DNA of 64,000 nucleotides from an uncultured Gemmatimonadaceae bacterium (GTDB taxonomy: Bacteria > Gemmatimonadota > Gemmatimonadetes > Gemmatimonadales > Gemmatimonadaceae). The notes beneath the pieces are model-generated. The model searched no databases and was not told the origin of the DNA. It was given only the letters and a program-made list of their open reading frames with translations. Location of the stretch: positions 64,001-128,000 of the forward strand of contig CAWHHI010000006.1 of NCBI GenBank assembly GCA_963829055.1, read 5' to 3'. A program made the position numbers and the translations under genes. Below are positions 15,005 to 26,578 of the stretch, piece after piece; the stretch's first letter is position 1, and each line of letters starts with the position of its first letter.

Positions 15005-16474
15005 ATGACAACACATACGGGAGTCGAGAGCTCGACATTCACTCCACCGGCTGCCGGCTCACGGCGATCTCCGATAGCCCGCTCTGGAATCCCGACCTCG
15101 CGCCGACCGCGCCTGAACGCCGGACCTGGTCCACGTACAACATCGCCGCGCTGTGGATCGGCATGAGCGTCGTCATCACCACGTACACGCTCGCGTCCGG
15201 GCTCATGGCGCAGGGCATGACCTGGTGGCAGGCGATGGTCACGATCTTGTTAGGCAACACGATCGTGCTCGTGCCGATGATCCTCAACGCGCACGCGGGC
15301 ACGAAGTACGGGTTGTCGTTTCCAGTCCTGTGTCGGGCGAGCTTCGGGGTGCGCGGCGCGAACGTGCCGGCGATGCTGCGCGCGATCGTCGCGTGTGGAT
15401 GGTTCGGCATTCAGACGTGGATCGGCGCGCTCGCGCTCGATGCCCTGTTCACAGCCGCGTGGCCGGGCTGGGCCGCGGATGCCCGGCAAGACCGTCATCG
15501 CGTTCGGGATCTTCTGGGGCATCCAGGTCGTCATCATCCTCAAGGGCACCGAAGGCATCAAGGTGCTCGAGAGCTGGTCGGCGCCGCTGTTGTTAGGCGG
15601 TGGTGCGTTGCTGCTCTGGTGGGGCATCGACCGCGGGGGCGGACTCGGGCGCGTGCTCGGTGAGTCCGTCAAACTGCAGCAGGGAAAGACGCCGTTCTGG
15701 ACGTTGTTCCCCGCGGCGCTCACGGCGAACGTCGGGTACTGGGCGACGCTCAGTCTCAACATCCCCGATTTCACGCGCTACGCGAAGAGCCAGCGCTCCC
15801 AGGCGTTAGGCCAGGCGCTCGGGCTGCCGACGACAATGACGGCGTTTGCATTCATCGGCGTCGCGGTGACGAGCGCGACGATCGTGATCTTCGGCGCACC
15901 GGTGTGGGACCCCGTCGTGCTCGTGACGAAGATCGGCGGAGCCGGCGTGGTGGTGTTCGCGGCGCTGGTCGTTCTCGCGGCTCAACTCACGACGAACATG
16001 GCGGCGAACGTCGTGTCGCCAGCGAACGACTTCTCGAACCTGAGCCCGCGGCGGATCAGCTACGTCACGGGAGGCCTGATCACGGCGGTCTTCGGGATCG
16101 TGATGATGCCGTGGAAGCTCTACTCCGACGCCGCCGCCTACATCTTCACCTGGCTCCTCGGCTACTCGAGCCTGATGGGCGCGTTAGGCGGGATTCTCAT
16201 CGCCGACTACTGGGTGTTACGCCGCCAGCAGCTCGACGTGAATGACCTGTTCCGGGAGCAGGGGCGTTACACGTACCGGAACGGCATCAACATGCGTGCG
16301 ATCGCCGCGCTGGTCCTGGCGCTTCTGCCGGTCGTGCCGGGCTTCATTCGCGCGGTGTCGGTGCCCGGCGGGCGAGTCGCGGATCCCAACGTTCTCGACG
16401 ATCTGTACTCGTACGCCTGGTTCGTGACGTTCGCGTCTGAGCTTCGTCCTGTACCTGCTCTTCATGCGCGGTGA
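15005..16474 (+). CDS. NCS1 family nucleobase:cation symporter (frameshifts ~15065, ~15480 and near the 3' end)
   Basis: LWNPDLAP, GTKYGLSFPV..RASFG, CGWFGIQTWIG, NIPDFTRYA, NMAANVVSP. Confidence 0.88.
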
Positions 16475-16579
16475 GTCGTCGCATCGCGTGCGGCAGTAGC
16501 GTGTCATTCCTCGACTCGCTGCGGTCGCACGGAATGACACGTACCCTTGATCGGATGCGACTGACGCCGGGCTGTAGCG

Positions 16580-17260
16580 TCAGCTCTTCAGCTCGTTCTC
16601 CTTGATGCTCTGCGCCTTCGTGAGGTGCTCCTGCACCTTTCCGGTCGCCTTCTCGATCGCTGCACGCAGCTCCGCACTGGTCGTGTTCTTCGCTGCGTCC
16701 TGAAGCTTGTCGAGCAGGTCCTTGTGATCGTCGATCTGGTTGTCGATGTACTTCTTGTCCCAGTCGGCGCCCGCAGGCTTGTCGGTCAGGTCCTTGATCT
16801 GGTCCCTCGCGTTGTCCATGACGTCGTGGACGTCACCGTCAGCCGTGTCGGGAGTCACCGACAGCTTTGCTGCGAGAGACCTCATTTCGAGCGCGAGCGC
16901 ACGGTGCTCGGTGACGAGCTGCTGCGCGAACTTCTTCACGGCAGGGTTGGTTGCCTTTTTTGCTGCGAGCTGGCTCTCGCGCACCTCGCCGGCGTTGTTC
17001 GCGCCGATGAATCCGAAGACGGAGGCGTCGGTCCAACCGCCACGCTTGACGACGCTTCCTGCGGCGGACTCCATCTTCCGGGCCGCTGTGTCTGCGGCCG
17101 CGCCGACACGGCTCGCCGCCGTGTCCACGGCCGCGCCAACCCGATTGGCCGTGGTGTCCGCCGCGCTATCGGCCGCGGCGCGGTCCTGCTGGCTGCAGGC
17201 ACAGAGTGTCAGGACAACGGCGGCTGTCCCGCACAAGAGACCATTCGTTCCGAACTTCAT
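16580..17260 (-). CDS. DUF4142 domain lipoprotein
   Basis: Lipobox-like LCAC; EVRESQLAAKKATNPAVKKFAQQLVTEH, WDKKYIDNQIDDH. Confidence 0.8.
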   Translation of the reverse strand: MKFGTNGLLCGTAAVVLTLCACSQQDRAAADSAADTTANRVGAAVDTAASRVGAAADTAARKMESAAGSVVKRGGWTDASVFGFIGANNAGEVRESQLAAKKATNPAVKKFAQQLVTEHRALALEMRSLAAKLSVTPDTADGDVHDVMDNARDQIKDLTDKPAGADWDKKYIDNQIDDHKDLLDKLQDAAKNTTSAELRAAIEKATGKVQEHLTKAQSIKENELKS

Positions 17261-17587
17261 GGGCCCTCCTTTCTTGTGGGCCATGAGGAAGTCGAATTCA
17301 CCTTCGTCGGCGACTGATCGGTGTGCAAGACGCGTTCTTCGGGGGCGGTTTTCGCTCGGCTGACCCCGCTGCATTCGCGGGGTGTTCGGACGCGCCTGCT
17401 GTACCGCCTCGCTGTCTCCCACCGACCTCCGCCACGGCGCGTTAGGCGTGCCGGCACTCGAGAGAGATCGCCACAATCGGAAATGCTCGCGCTCAGGGTC
17501 GAGGATTCGTCCTTGGGTCAATGGCTTTCTATCCGAGCGGAGCGAAAGCGCCCAGCGCCTTCGGCGCTCCGCTCGGAATGACTGCGG

Positions 17588-18121
17588 TCAGTCGTTGAAG
17601 TTGATGTGCCCCTCGAACGATCCGGTCGAAGTCGACCTCGCCGTCGCAAAATCAATGACGCCAATCTTCCGCACCGTAAACGTGCCGGTGGCTCCGGCAA
17701 ATCGTCCGCTGCCGCCGACGATCGTCAGAACCTCAGTGAAGCTCACGACCGTTGGATCCTGGCTTACAGTAGCCACGCCGACAAACGTGGTATGCAGCTG
17801 GTCGCCGTTCGCCGCGACGAAGTCGTAGGTACCTGTCGCCGTCGGCGTTGCCAGATCAGCGACAGCCGCGTAGGTCATCGTGAAGCGGCCGAGGTGAGTC
17901 GCGGTGCCGACGCCGGTTCCCTGGACCAGGAGGTTCGGTGGAACAACCACGCCCTGGTCAGCCGCCGTGAACGCGCCACTGAACGGCAGCTGCGTCGCGT
18001 TGTGCGAATGCGCCAGCGCCGGGCTGGTCGGCGAGGTTGGTGACGTCGAAACCTGGTCGCTGCAGGCCGCCGCGAGCACACTCACGGCGAGAATGATCGG
18101 TCGCATGACGATCGGTCGCAT
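17588..18121 (-). CDS. Hypothetical lipoprotein (GTATHLGRFT..AANGDQL..GGSGRFAGATG)
   Basis: RBS-like GGAG, lipobox LAAAC, coherent codon usage. Confidence 0.7.
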   Translation of the reverse strand: MRPIVMRPIILAVSVLAAACSDQVSTSPTSPTSPALAHSHNATQLPFSGAFTAADQGVVVPPNLLVQGTGVGTATHLGRFTMTYAAVADLATPTATGTYDFVAANGDQLHTTFVGVATVSQDPTVVSFTEVLTIVGGSGRFAGATGTFTVRKIGVIDFATARSTSTGSFEGHINFND

Positions 18122-18238
18122 AGGAGCTCCTTCCCGTTTGAAGAACGACGCGGGCCACGGCCCGGCATGGATGGATGCGCGGGTCTCGAGGTGGCGCACC
18201 GAGAAGGGCGGACACTACCGCGCCGATCGCCGCGGCGT

Positions 18239-18303
18239 CTTTAGAGTTCCCTTTGAAAGCCGTTGAATGTCGATTTGTGCGTCGTTGAACCGGTGTTTGC
18301 CTG
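18239..18303. promoter_or_regulatory. Phased ~11-bp TTTG/TTGA direct repeats between divergent genes
   Basis: CTTTAGAG, CTTTGAAA, GTTGAATG, ATTTGTGC, GTTGAACC, GTTTGCCT. Confidence 0.45.
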
Positions 18304-18372
18304 ATCTCCGGGTGACGTTACGACGCTGCCGGCGCCCTTGCGCATGATCGGCCGGCGAACCCATCGTGGCTC

Positions 18373-20554
18373 ATGGACGGCAATGGATCAGCGTCGCGAG
18401 TCCACTTTGGCACGGTGACGCTCATCCCTGATGAACGCCTCGTGCTGAAGGACGGCCGAGCCCGTGCCGCTCACCCCGAAGGCGTTCGACCTGCTCGTGG
18501 TCCTCGCGGCGAATCCCGGACGCCTGCTCACGAAAGAGCACCTGATGCAGGCGGTCTGGCCGGACGTGATCGTCGAAGAATCGAACCTCGCCTATCACGT
18601 CTTCGCGATTCGCAAAGCACTCGGCGAGAGCGCCGCCGCCGATCGGTTCATCGAGACCGTGCCGAAGCGCGGCTACCGGTTTGTGGCGCCCGTGCGGACC
18701 GACGCTGCGGTCCAGTCCGCCGTCGCTTCGGACGCCGAGCGCAGGGAGCATTTCCCCGGCAGACGTCGAACGGGTATCACGTTGCACGTATGGCTAGGTC
18801 TCGTGGGTGGCCTGGCGGTCTTCGCGTTGATGCTTCCGCGCCTCGGCCCATTCCGATCGAATTCCGGTTCAGCCACGTCGGTTCATTTTCAGGAACCGGT
18901 CACGGGGCGTCTGGCAGAAACCGGGATGTTCTCGATTTCCCCGGATGGACGTCGTCTGGTCTTCGCGGCCGAAGGCGCGGACGGCGTCCTGCGGCTGTGG
19001 TCACGCGCGCTGAACACGCTCGAGCCGGTTCCGCTCTCGGGCACGGACGTATTCGCCATCATCCCGCCCGTCGTCTGGTCTCCCGACAGCAGATTCGTCG
19101 CCTTCGACCCTGGCTACGTGCTCAAGAAGGCCGGCGTGGACGGCGGCGCACCGGAGTCGTTATGCGAGCTGCCTGGTACCGCCGTGGGCGGAAGCTGGAA
19201 CCGCGCGGGTGACATTCTTCTCGGAAACGCTCTCGGTGGTCTGATCCGATGCCCCGCCTCGGGCGGAGGCGCGACGACGGTGACGGTGGCGGACCTGTCC
19301 AAGGGGGAGCTTCACATCTTTCCGTCGTTCCTTTCGGACGGACGGCGTTTCCTGTACCTGCGCATTTCGCGCACGAACCCCGAGACATCCGGGATCTATC
19401 TCGGTGAGCTCGATGCCGAATCGCGCAGCGTCGGAGATCGGCTGATCACGACAGGGTTCGGCGCTGCCTTCGTGCCCGCAGTCGGCTCGGGGCCCGGCAC
19501 GATCGTCTTCGCGCGCGACGCGACACTCTTCGCCCAGCGTTTCGACGAGCAACGGCTGGAGTTGATCGGCGACCCGATTCGTCTTGCCGATGGAATCGGT
19601 TCGTATCTGGACGGGGCCTTCTTTTCAGTCTCGTCGAAGACGCTCGTCTACCGAGCCCCGGAGCCGGACTCCAGACTCACCTGGTTCGACCGCCAGGGTA
19701 AAGAGCTCGGGCGTGTGGGCACGCCAGACCGATTCTCGGGTCTCTCGCTTTCGCCCGACGGCAATCGAGCGCTCGTCACGACGCAGGCGCCGCAGGGTAC
19801 TGTGAACGCAGACCTGTGGCTGTTCGATCTGACTGCGACTGCGACGCCGCGACAACGGCTGACGTTCGGGCCCGCACTGGAGTACTGGCCCACGTGGTCG
19901 GACAACGATCGGTTCGTGTACGGTTCCGGCGGGGGAGCATCGGGTGTGTATCAGCAGACGCTCGGCAGCGAGCGTACGCTGTTGTTCAAGACGTCGGGCC
20001 CCGAAGTCCCGACGAGCATGAGCGGCGATGGACGCATTGTCCTCTACGTGACGATTACCGGACCGGCCACGGGCGCCGACGTGTGGGTGCGCGTGGGTGG
20101 TCGTACTTCGGCGAGCCCGCGGCCGTTCCTGCAACGCGAGAAGGACCAGACGGAAGCCCAGCTTTCACCGGACAGCCGCTGGGTCGCCTACGTCTCGAAC
20201 GAGGCAGGTCCCAGCGAGGTGTTCGTCACCGAGTTTCGGTTCGACCCAGCCACTGACTCGGTCAGTGCTGGCGAAAGCGTTCGCATTTCCGAGGGCGGTG
20301 GCCGCGCGCCACGGTGGCGTCGCGACGGACGGGAGTTGTTCTACCTCACGCCGGATGGTTCGGTGATGGCGATCGAGGTCGGTGCGACGAGCGCATTTCG
20401 TCCAGGTATGGCGAAGCGACTGTTCAACGTGCCGGGTGTGATCCCCGAATGGGGAGTGACCCCGGACGGCGCTCGTTTCCTGTTCGCGGTACCCGTGAGC
20501 CCGCCTCCGCCGTTCCACGTGGTGCAAGACTGGCAGGCAACACTTCCCAAGTAG
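18373..20554 (+). CDS. Membrane-anchored OmpR/CadC-type winged-helix regulator with TolB-like beta-propeller (frameshift ~18460)
   Basis: LTPKAFDLL, VWPDVIVEESNL, IETVPKRGYRF; repeated SPDG/WSPD motifs. Confidence 0.85.
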
Positions 20555-20636
20555 GAGACTTCGTTGTCATTCCTCGACTCCGCGCTGACGCGCTCCGCTC
20601 GGAATGACAACATCCCCGATTCCCGATTCCCGATAA

Positions 20637-21505
20637 ATGCCACGCATCGTCAAAGCCGGTCTGATCCAGACCTCGCACGCGTGCAGCACCGCCGAGCCGA
20701 TCGAGACCATCCGCGAGGCGAACATCGCCAAGCACATGTCGCTCATCGAGCGGCCGGACAGGAGGGCGTGCAGCTCCTCTGCATGCAGGAGATCTTCACC
20801 GGTCCGTACTTCTGCGCCGAGCAGAGCGCGCGATGGTACGACGCCGTGGAGCGGATTCCCGACGGCCCGACGACGCGGCTCATGCAGCAGGTCGCGAAGA
20901 AGTACGAGATGGTGATCGTCGTTCCGCTGTATGAAGAGGACGGCGCGGGCATCTACTACAACACCGCCGCCGTCATCGACGCGGACGGCACCTACCTCGG
21001 CAAGTACCGCAAGAATCACATCCCGCACTGCGCGCCCGGCTTCTGGGAGAAGTTCTACTTCCGGCCAGGAAACCTCGGCTACCCGGTATTCAAGACTCGT
21101 TATGCGGACGTCGGCGTCTACATCTGCTACGACCGGCATTTCCCGGAAGGCGCGCGCGAGCTCGGGTTGAACGGCGCGGAGATCGTGTTCAATCCGTCGG
21201 CGACAGTGGCGGGGTTGTCCGAGTATCTGTGGAAGCTCGAGCAGCCGGCGCACGCGGTGGCGAACGCGTTCTTCGTCGGCGCGATCAATCGCGTGGGCTA
21301 CGAAGAACCGTGGCGCATCGGCGAGTTCTACGGCCAGAGCTACTTCTGCGACCCGCGCGGGCAGTTCGTGGCGCAGGCCTCGCGTGATCGGGATGAGCTC
21401 ATCACGGCGGAGATCGACCTCGACAAGATCCGCGAAGTGCGCAACGTGTGGCAGTTCTACCGCGATCGCCGGCCCGAGACCTACGGCGGGCTGTGCAAGC
21501 TGTGA
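20637..21505 (+). CDS. Nitrilase-family beta-ureidopropionase (frameshift ~20755)
   Basis: QEIF, YYNTAAVID, KYRKNHIP, WEKFYF, ICYDRHFPE, FYRDRRPE. Confidence 0.88.
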
Positions 21506-21569
21506 CGCTTGCGTGGCGCGCCGCTATTGTCGGCGCGCTGTTGCTCGTTAGGCCCAGTGGCGCGAGCGT

Positions 21570-21737
21570 GTCATTCCGAGCGAAGCGCCGAAGGCGCGAA
21601 GTCGAGGAATCGCGACCATACGGGTAGAGGGCTCTCTACCCCGCAGAGTCTCGATTCCTCGACTCGCTCCGCTCGCTCGGAATGACGACCTGCTCGGAAT
21701 GACGACCTGCTCGGAATGACGACCCGCGCGGAATGAC
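21570..21737. repeat. REP-like palindrome plus tandem CTCGGAATGAC tails
   Basis: GTCATTCCGAGCG..GTCGAGGAATC..GTAGAGGGCTCTCTAC..GATTCCTCGAC..CGCTCGGAATGAC. Confidence 0.9.
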
Positions 21738-23245
21738 TACCTCCACTGCGCGCGCATCTGCTCGATGACCGCCTGGCGGATATCGCGACGCTCGCCGACC
21801 ACCTCGACACCCGGTGTGTCGCGCTTGAGGAATTCGATACCGACCTCGAGCCCCGTCAGCAGATAGTCGGCGATCGCCACGCGATACGTGCGAGACTCAT
21901 CGAGCGGTGCGCCGGCGATTCGCCACCCGGCGACGGTCGATCCCTCGACGCTCGTGCGCTGCAGAAAACCGCCGCTCCCGATGTTCCGTTCGCCCGCCGC
22001 GAGCACTCGGCTGAGCAACTCCCCCCGCATGCGCACGTCTACGGTCTTCCCACCGAACGGCAACATGCGGATCACATCGTACTGCGTGATTGGACCTACC
22101 GGCACGGCGTCGTCGATGCGAATCGCGCCCGCGTTGAACAGCGAGAGCTCCGCGTCAGGCACGTCCCGACGCATTGCCGCACCGATCAGATCAGTCATTG
22201 TGCTATGCGTCGTACGCACCGTCGACTCGCGACCGTCGAGTGTGATGGGCGTGTTGGCAACGAGCTCGCGCGGCCGGAAGCCATCGTGCCCGAACCCGGC
22301 GAACGCCGTGTCCACCCATCGCGCGACGACATGAGCGACGCCGCTATCTTCGGCCATACGCTCGTCGATGGCCACGAGCCTTGATGCTACCTCCGCGCGT
22401 CGTCCGTTGGACGGCGGCCGGATCTCCAGGATCTGCACGGAGCGCACATTGGCGTCACTCTTGAGCACCGGCGTGAACCGCGGACCTCGGCGCAGCGTGT
22501 AGTTCTCGTGCTCGTGCCCACCGAGTACGACGTCGATTTCCGGATTCTCGGTGAGGAGACGCGCATCGTCATTGACGCTCACGTGCGTGAGGGCGATGAG
22601 CACGTCCGCGGAATCACGCAGCAGTGTCGCCTCGCGATGCGCCGCCTCGAACGGATCGGTCACTCGACTCCACGACGGACGATTCGACGGAATCACGACG
22701 CCGAGGAACGCGACGCGAACGTCGCGTCCGCCGGCGCGAACCGTTCGGATCACGTGCGGCAGCACCTTCGCGAATGGTCTGCCCGCGCTGTCGGTCACGT
22801 TCGCGGCGATCACGACGAAGCGCGCCTCGTTCATCCGCGCGAGAAATGCGTCGCGGCTGATATCGAACTCGTGGTTACCGAGTACCGCGACGTCGAGCCC
22901 GACCGCGTTGAGCACGTCCACCATCTGCCGACCATTCAACCGCTCACCACCAACGCGCGCGGTACCGAGTGCCGAGGGCGACACGAAGTCGCCGCCGAGC
23001 GTAGTGATGAGCGTGGGAAAAGAGTCGCGAAGCGCCCGGCGCAGCGTCGCGACTCGTGCCAGTCCACCGCTCTTGCCCGCCTCGACCGGCGTGATCTCGT
23101 AGACGTCGTTGAAATGCAGGATGTGGATCGCGTCGGCACCGGTCGCGACCGGCGCCGGAGTCGCGGAGCTGTTGGGCCGCGTTGGCGCGCACGCGGCGGC
23201 GATAACTGTGGCGGTGAGAAGACGGACAAACGACTTCACGATCAC
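21737..23245 (-). CDS. Bifunctional metallophosphatase/5'-nucleotidase (lipoprotein)
   Basis: HFNDVY, GGDFVSPS, GNHEFD, GGHEH, NAGAIR, LPFG. Confidence 0.88.
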   Translation of the reverse strand: MIVKSFVRLLTATVIAAACAPTRPNSSATPAPVATGADAIHILHFNDVYEITPVEAGKSGGLARVATLRRALRDSFPTLITTLGGDFVSPSALGTARVGGERLNGRQMVDVLNAVGLDVAVLGNHEFDISRDAFLARMNEARFVVIAANVTDSAGRPFAKVLPHVIRTVRAGGRDVRVAFLGVVIPSNRPSWSRVTDPFEAAHREATLLRDSADVLIALTHVSVNDDARLLTENPEIDVVLGGHEHENYTLRRGPRFTPVLKSDANVRSVQILEIRPPSNGRRAEVASRLVAIDERMAEDSGVAHVVARWVDTAFAGFGHDGFRPRELVANTPITLDGRESTVRTTHSTMTDLIGAAMRRDVPDAELSLFNAGAIRIDDAVPVGPITQYDVIRMLPFGGKTVDVRMRGELLSRVLAAGERNIGSGGFLQRTSVEGSTVAGWRIAGAPLDESRTYRVAIADYLLTGLEVGIEFLKRDTPGVEVVGERRDIRQAVIEQMRAQWR

Positions 23246-23319
23246 GACGAATCTCCTGTGGACTACGGCGTTGGTATTCTATCCCGGGTAATGGTGGGGG
23301 AGTATTCTCACCGTCACTC

Positions 23320-24288
23320 ATGCGATACTCGAGATTGGCCTTGCTCGCCGTCGCCGTCGGATGCGGGAGCGACAAAGCCACCGCACCGTCGGACGTGGCC
23401 ACGGATCCGGCTCGCGCCGTTTTCGTGACGAGCGACATCCAGCACTTCTGGGCCGCGTACGACGCCAACGCCGGTGGCGGAACCTCGGCGTTTCAGGCCG
23501 AGTACCTCGACCGCGCGTCTCCGGGGCTGCGCGACTTCATCGCGTCGCGCAACCTGACCGCGGCGAACCTGGCCTCCATGGTCCGGACGTACCCGCGCTA
23601 CTTCTCGAGCATTCGCGCGTCGACGTTGACGCTGGCGTCGGATGAGACCCTGCAGAATCGAATCCGTGAGGGCTACAGGAAGATCGCGGGCATGTACACC
23701 GCGGCCGTGTTTCCGCCCGTGACGTTCCTCATTGGCCGCTTCAGCACCGGTGGAACGACGTCGACGAACGGGATGCTCGTGGGGCTCGAGTTCTACGCGA
23801 TCACGCCGTCGACGCCGCTGGACGAGCTGGGCCAGTTCCAGCGCGACAACGTCCGGGCGCTCGACAGCCTGCCGATCATCGTCGCGCACGAGCACACGCA
23901 CATTCTCCAGGCGCGAGCCGGCGGCGTGTTCAACAAGGCAAGGAAGAACCTGCTCGAGCAATCACTGCTGGAGGGCGGCGCGGATTTCGTCGCGTATCTC
24001 GTGACGGGCGGCAACATCAACGCACGCCTGCAGGCCTACGGGATTCCCCGCGAAGCGGCCCTCTGGGCCGAGTTCAAGACGCAAATGCGCGGGACGGACG
24101 TGAGCCGCTGGCTCTACAACCAGGGCAACGCGACCGCCGACCGCCCGGGCGACCTGGGGTATTTCATCGGCTACCGCATTGCGGAAGCGTTCTACGCGCG
24201 TACGGCGGACAAGCGTCAAGCGCTCCTTGGGATCATCGACGTGAGCAACGCCGATCTGTTCCTCACTCAGAGTGGCTACGCGCCGTAG
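23320..24288 (+). CDS. DUF2268-like putative Zn peptidase lipoprotein
   Basis: HEHTH (HExxH), EGGADF, DLGYFIGYRI. Confidence 0.75.
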   Translation: MRYSRLALLAVAVGCGSDKATAPSDVATDPARAVFVTSDIQHFWAAYDANAGGGTSAFQAEYLDRASPGLRDFIASRNLTAANLASMVRTYPRYFSSIRASTLTLASDETLQNRIREGYRKIAGMYTAAVFPPVTFLIGRFSTGGTTSTNGMLVGLEFYAITPSTPLDELGQFQRDNVRALDSLPIIVAHEHTHILQARAGGVFNKARKNLLEQSLLEGGADFVAYLVTGGNINARLQAYGIPREAALWAEFKTQMRGTDVSRWLYNQGNATADRPGDLGYFIGYRIAEAFYARTADKRQALLGIIDVSNADLFLTQSGYAP

Positions 24289-24399
24289 CTGGCGCGAGGT
24301 TGGCGCGGGAAAGACACCGGTGCCGGTCAGGCGACTCCTCGACTACCGGGTCGTGGTAGCCGGCGACCTCGCGGAAGAGCCGCGCGGTGCTGCCCACCC

Positions 24400-24712
24400 C
24401 ACCGGCCCAATCGCGCCGGACCTCATTACACTTCGTAGCACCGCGGCACTGGCGCCGACGACGTTGTTCGGGACGGTTTGCCTGAGGCGCGACGTCGCGG
24501 GGGTCGGCGGGTTCGAGGATGCGCGTCGTCGATCGACGAGACTTCGCGCCTTCGGCCTCGATCTCACCGTTCTCGATCTGTCGGCACTCGTGCAGGCGCG
24601 AACGGCTTCCAGCAGACGCGAGGACATCGCGAAGCTGCCGATGCTCGAAACACTGCTCGCGCTCCCCGCTCTTGAAGAGCGATATCGCGAGCTCGCTGCC
24701 AATCGTTCATAA
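24400..24712 (+). pseudogene. Possible remnant of a nucleotidyltransferase-like gene
   Basis: LDLSALVQARTASSRREDIAKL resembles the C-terminus of small NTase proteins; no good N-terminus. Confidence 0.3.
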
Positions 24713-24736
24713 CATCGTACTTACTACATAGTCATC

Positions 24737-26578
24737 GTGTCCGAAGACTCCCCAATTTCCGCCTTCGCCGAGCTCGGGCTCGACCCGCGCATCACCGCGA
24801 CACTCACCACGCTCGGGTACGAGGAGCCGACGCCGATTCAGCGCGAGGCCATCCCCGCCCTGCTCGCCGGCCGCGATGTGCTCGGGCAGGCGGCCACTGG
24901 CACCGGCAAGACCGCCGCGTTCACGCTGCCGCTCATTCAGCGCGCAGCCCTCGGCGTCGATGGCGACTCCGTCATCGATCATGACGAGGACGGCGCGCCG
25001 AGGGATGACGGCAAGGGACCATCGGTGCTCATTCTGGTGCCGACTCGCGAGCTCGCGATGCAGGTCGGCGAAGCGGTGCACAAGTACGGCAAAGGCCTCG
25101 GCATCCGTGCGGTGCCCGTGTACGGCGGACAGGACATCCGCCGTCAGCTTCGCGCGCTCGAGCGCGGGAGCGACGTCGTCATCGCCACACCGGGGCGCGC
25201 GCTCGACCACATCCGCCGCAAGACGATGTCGTTAGGCAACGTGCGCGCCGTCGTGCTCGACGAGGCGGACGAGATGCTCGACATGGGGTTCGCCGAAGAT
25301 CTCGAGTCGATCCTTTCCGCCGCGCCCTCGGTTCGGCAGACGGCGCTCTTCTCGGCCACGCTGCCGCCGCGCATTCGCGACATGGCCGAGCGGCATCTGA
25401 CCGACCCGGTGCGCCTGTCGATTCCCACCGAGCGCACGGCGAGCGGCGCGATTCCGCGGGTGCGCCAGATGGCGTACATCGTGGGCCGGTCGCACAAGAT
25501 CGCGGCGCTGGGACGCATTCTCGACGTCGAAGCGCCGACGCTGGCGTTCATCTTCTGTCGCACGCGCACCGAGGTCGATGAGCTGACCGAGACGCTCAAC
25601 GGTCGCGGCTATCGCTCCGAAGCGTTGCACGGCGGCATGTCGCAGGAGCAGCGCGATCGCGTCATGCGGCGCGTCCGCAGCGGTGCGACCGATCTGCTCG
25701 TCGCGACAGACGTGGCGGCGCGTGGACTCGACGTCGAGCAGGTGTCGCACGTCGTGAACTACGACGTACCGTCGGCGCCGGAAGCGTACGTGCATCGCAT
25801 CGGCCGCACGGGGCGAGCCGGACGCGAAGGCGTCGCGATCACGCTGGCCGAGCCGCGCGAGCATCGGTTGCTGCGCAACATCGAGTTCATCACGAAGCAG
25901 AAGATCGAGGTCGCGACTGTTCCGACGGTCGCGGATCTGCGCGCGCGACGCCTCGAGCTCACTCGTGGCTCGCTCGAGGAAGCGCTGATGGAGGGCGAGG
26001 ACTCGCTCGAGACGTATCGGGTGGTCGTGAACGCACTCGCCGCTGAGTACGATGTCGTGGACATCGCGGCGGCAGCGGTGAAGCTCGCCGACGAGCGTCG
26101 TCGCGATGGTGACGCGCCCGAGGAGGTCGAGATTCCCGCGGCACACGTGCGTGAGCGGTCGCGCGAGGGCAGGGAAAGCCGCGGCCCGCGTGAGTCGCAG
26201 GGCCGAGGTGAGCGGGAGGGTCGCGGCGAGCGCGAAGGCCGTGGCGATCGGCCCGAGCGCGGTGCCCGTCCCGAGCGCACGCCACGTCGCGGCAGTGGTC
26301 GCGGACGTCCGCCCGAGTGGGACGTGACGCGCGTGTACGTGGGCGCGGGTCGCAAGGCGGGGGTTCGGCCTGGTGACCTCGTCGGCGCCATCGCGAACGA
26401 AGCACGCGTGGACTCGAGCAACATCGGAGCGATCGAGATCGCTGATCGTTTCTCGCTCGTCGAGGTTCCGGAGCCGATGGCCGAGCGGATCATCGACGCG
26501 CTGCGAAACACGACGATCAAGGGCAAGCGTGTGATGGTACGTCGTGATCGAGACTTCGAGGGTGGAAGCCGGGACTGA
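24737..26578 (+). CDS. deaD: DEAD-box RNA helicase with DbpA-type C-terminal RNA-binding domain
   Basis: PTPIQ, ATGTGKT, PTRELA, DEAD, SAT, HRIGRTGRAG, RPGDLVGAIANE. Confidence 0.93.
   Translation: MSEDSPISAFAELGLDPRITATLTTLGYEEPTPIQREAIPALLAGRDVLGQAATGTGKTAAFTLPLIQRAALGVDGDSVIDHDEDGAPRDDGKGPSVLILVPTRELAMQVGEAVHKYGKGLGIRAVPVYGGQDIRRQLRALERGSDVVIATPGRALDHIRRKTMSLGNVRAVVLDEADEMLDMGFAEDLESILSAAPSVRQTALFSATLPPRIRDMAERHLTDPVRLSIPTERTASGAIPRVRQMAYIVGRSHKIAALGRILDVEAPTLAFIFCRTRTEVDELTETLNGRGYRSEALHGGMSQEQRDRVMRRVRSGATDLLVATDVAARGLDVEQVSHVVNYDVPSAPEAYVHRIGRTGRAGREGVAITLAEPREHRLLRNIEFITKQKIEVATVPTVADLRARRLELTRGSLEEALMEGEDSLETYRVVVNALAAEYDVVDIAAAAVKLADERRRDGDAPEEVEIPAAHVRERSREGRESRGPRESQGRGEREGRGEREGRGDRPERGARPERTPRRGSGRGRPPEWDVTRVYVGAGRKAGVRPGDLVGAIANEARVDSSNIGAIEIADRFSLVEVPEPMAERIIDALRNTTIKGKRVMVRRDRDFEGGSRD

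Noticed and set aside
21570..21737. Tandem CTCGGAATGAC units as a CRISPR array
   Set aside because: There are no unique spacers of regular length and no cas genes. They are REP end duplications.
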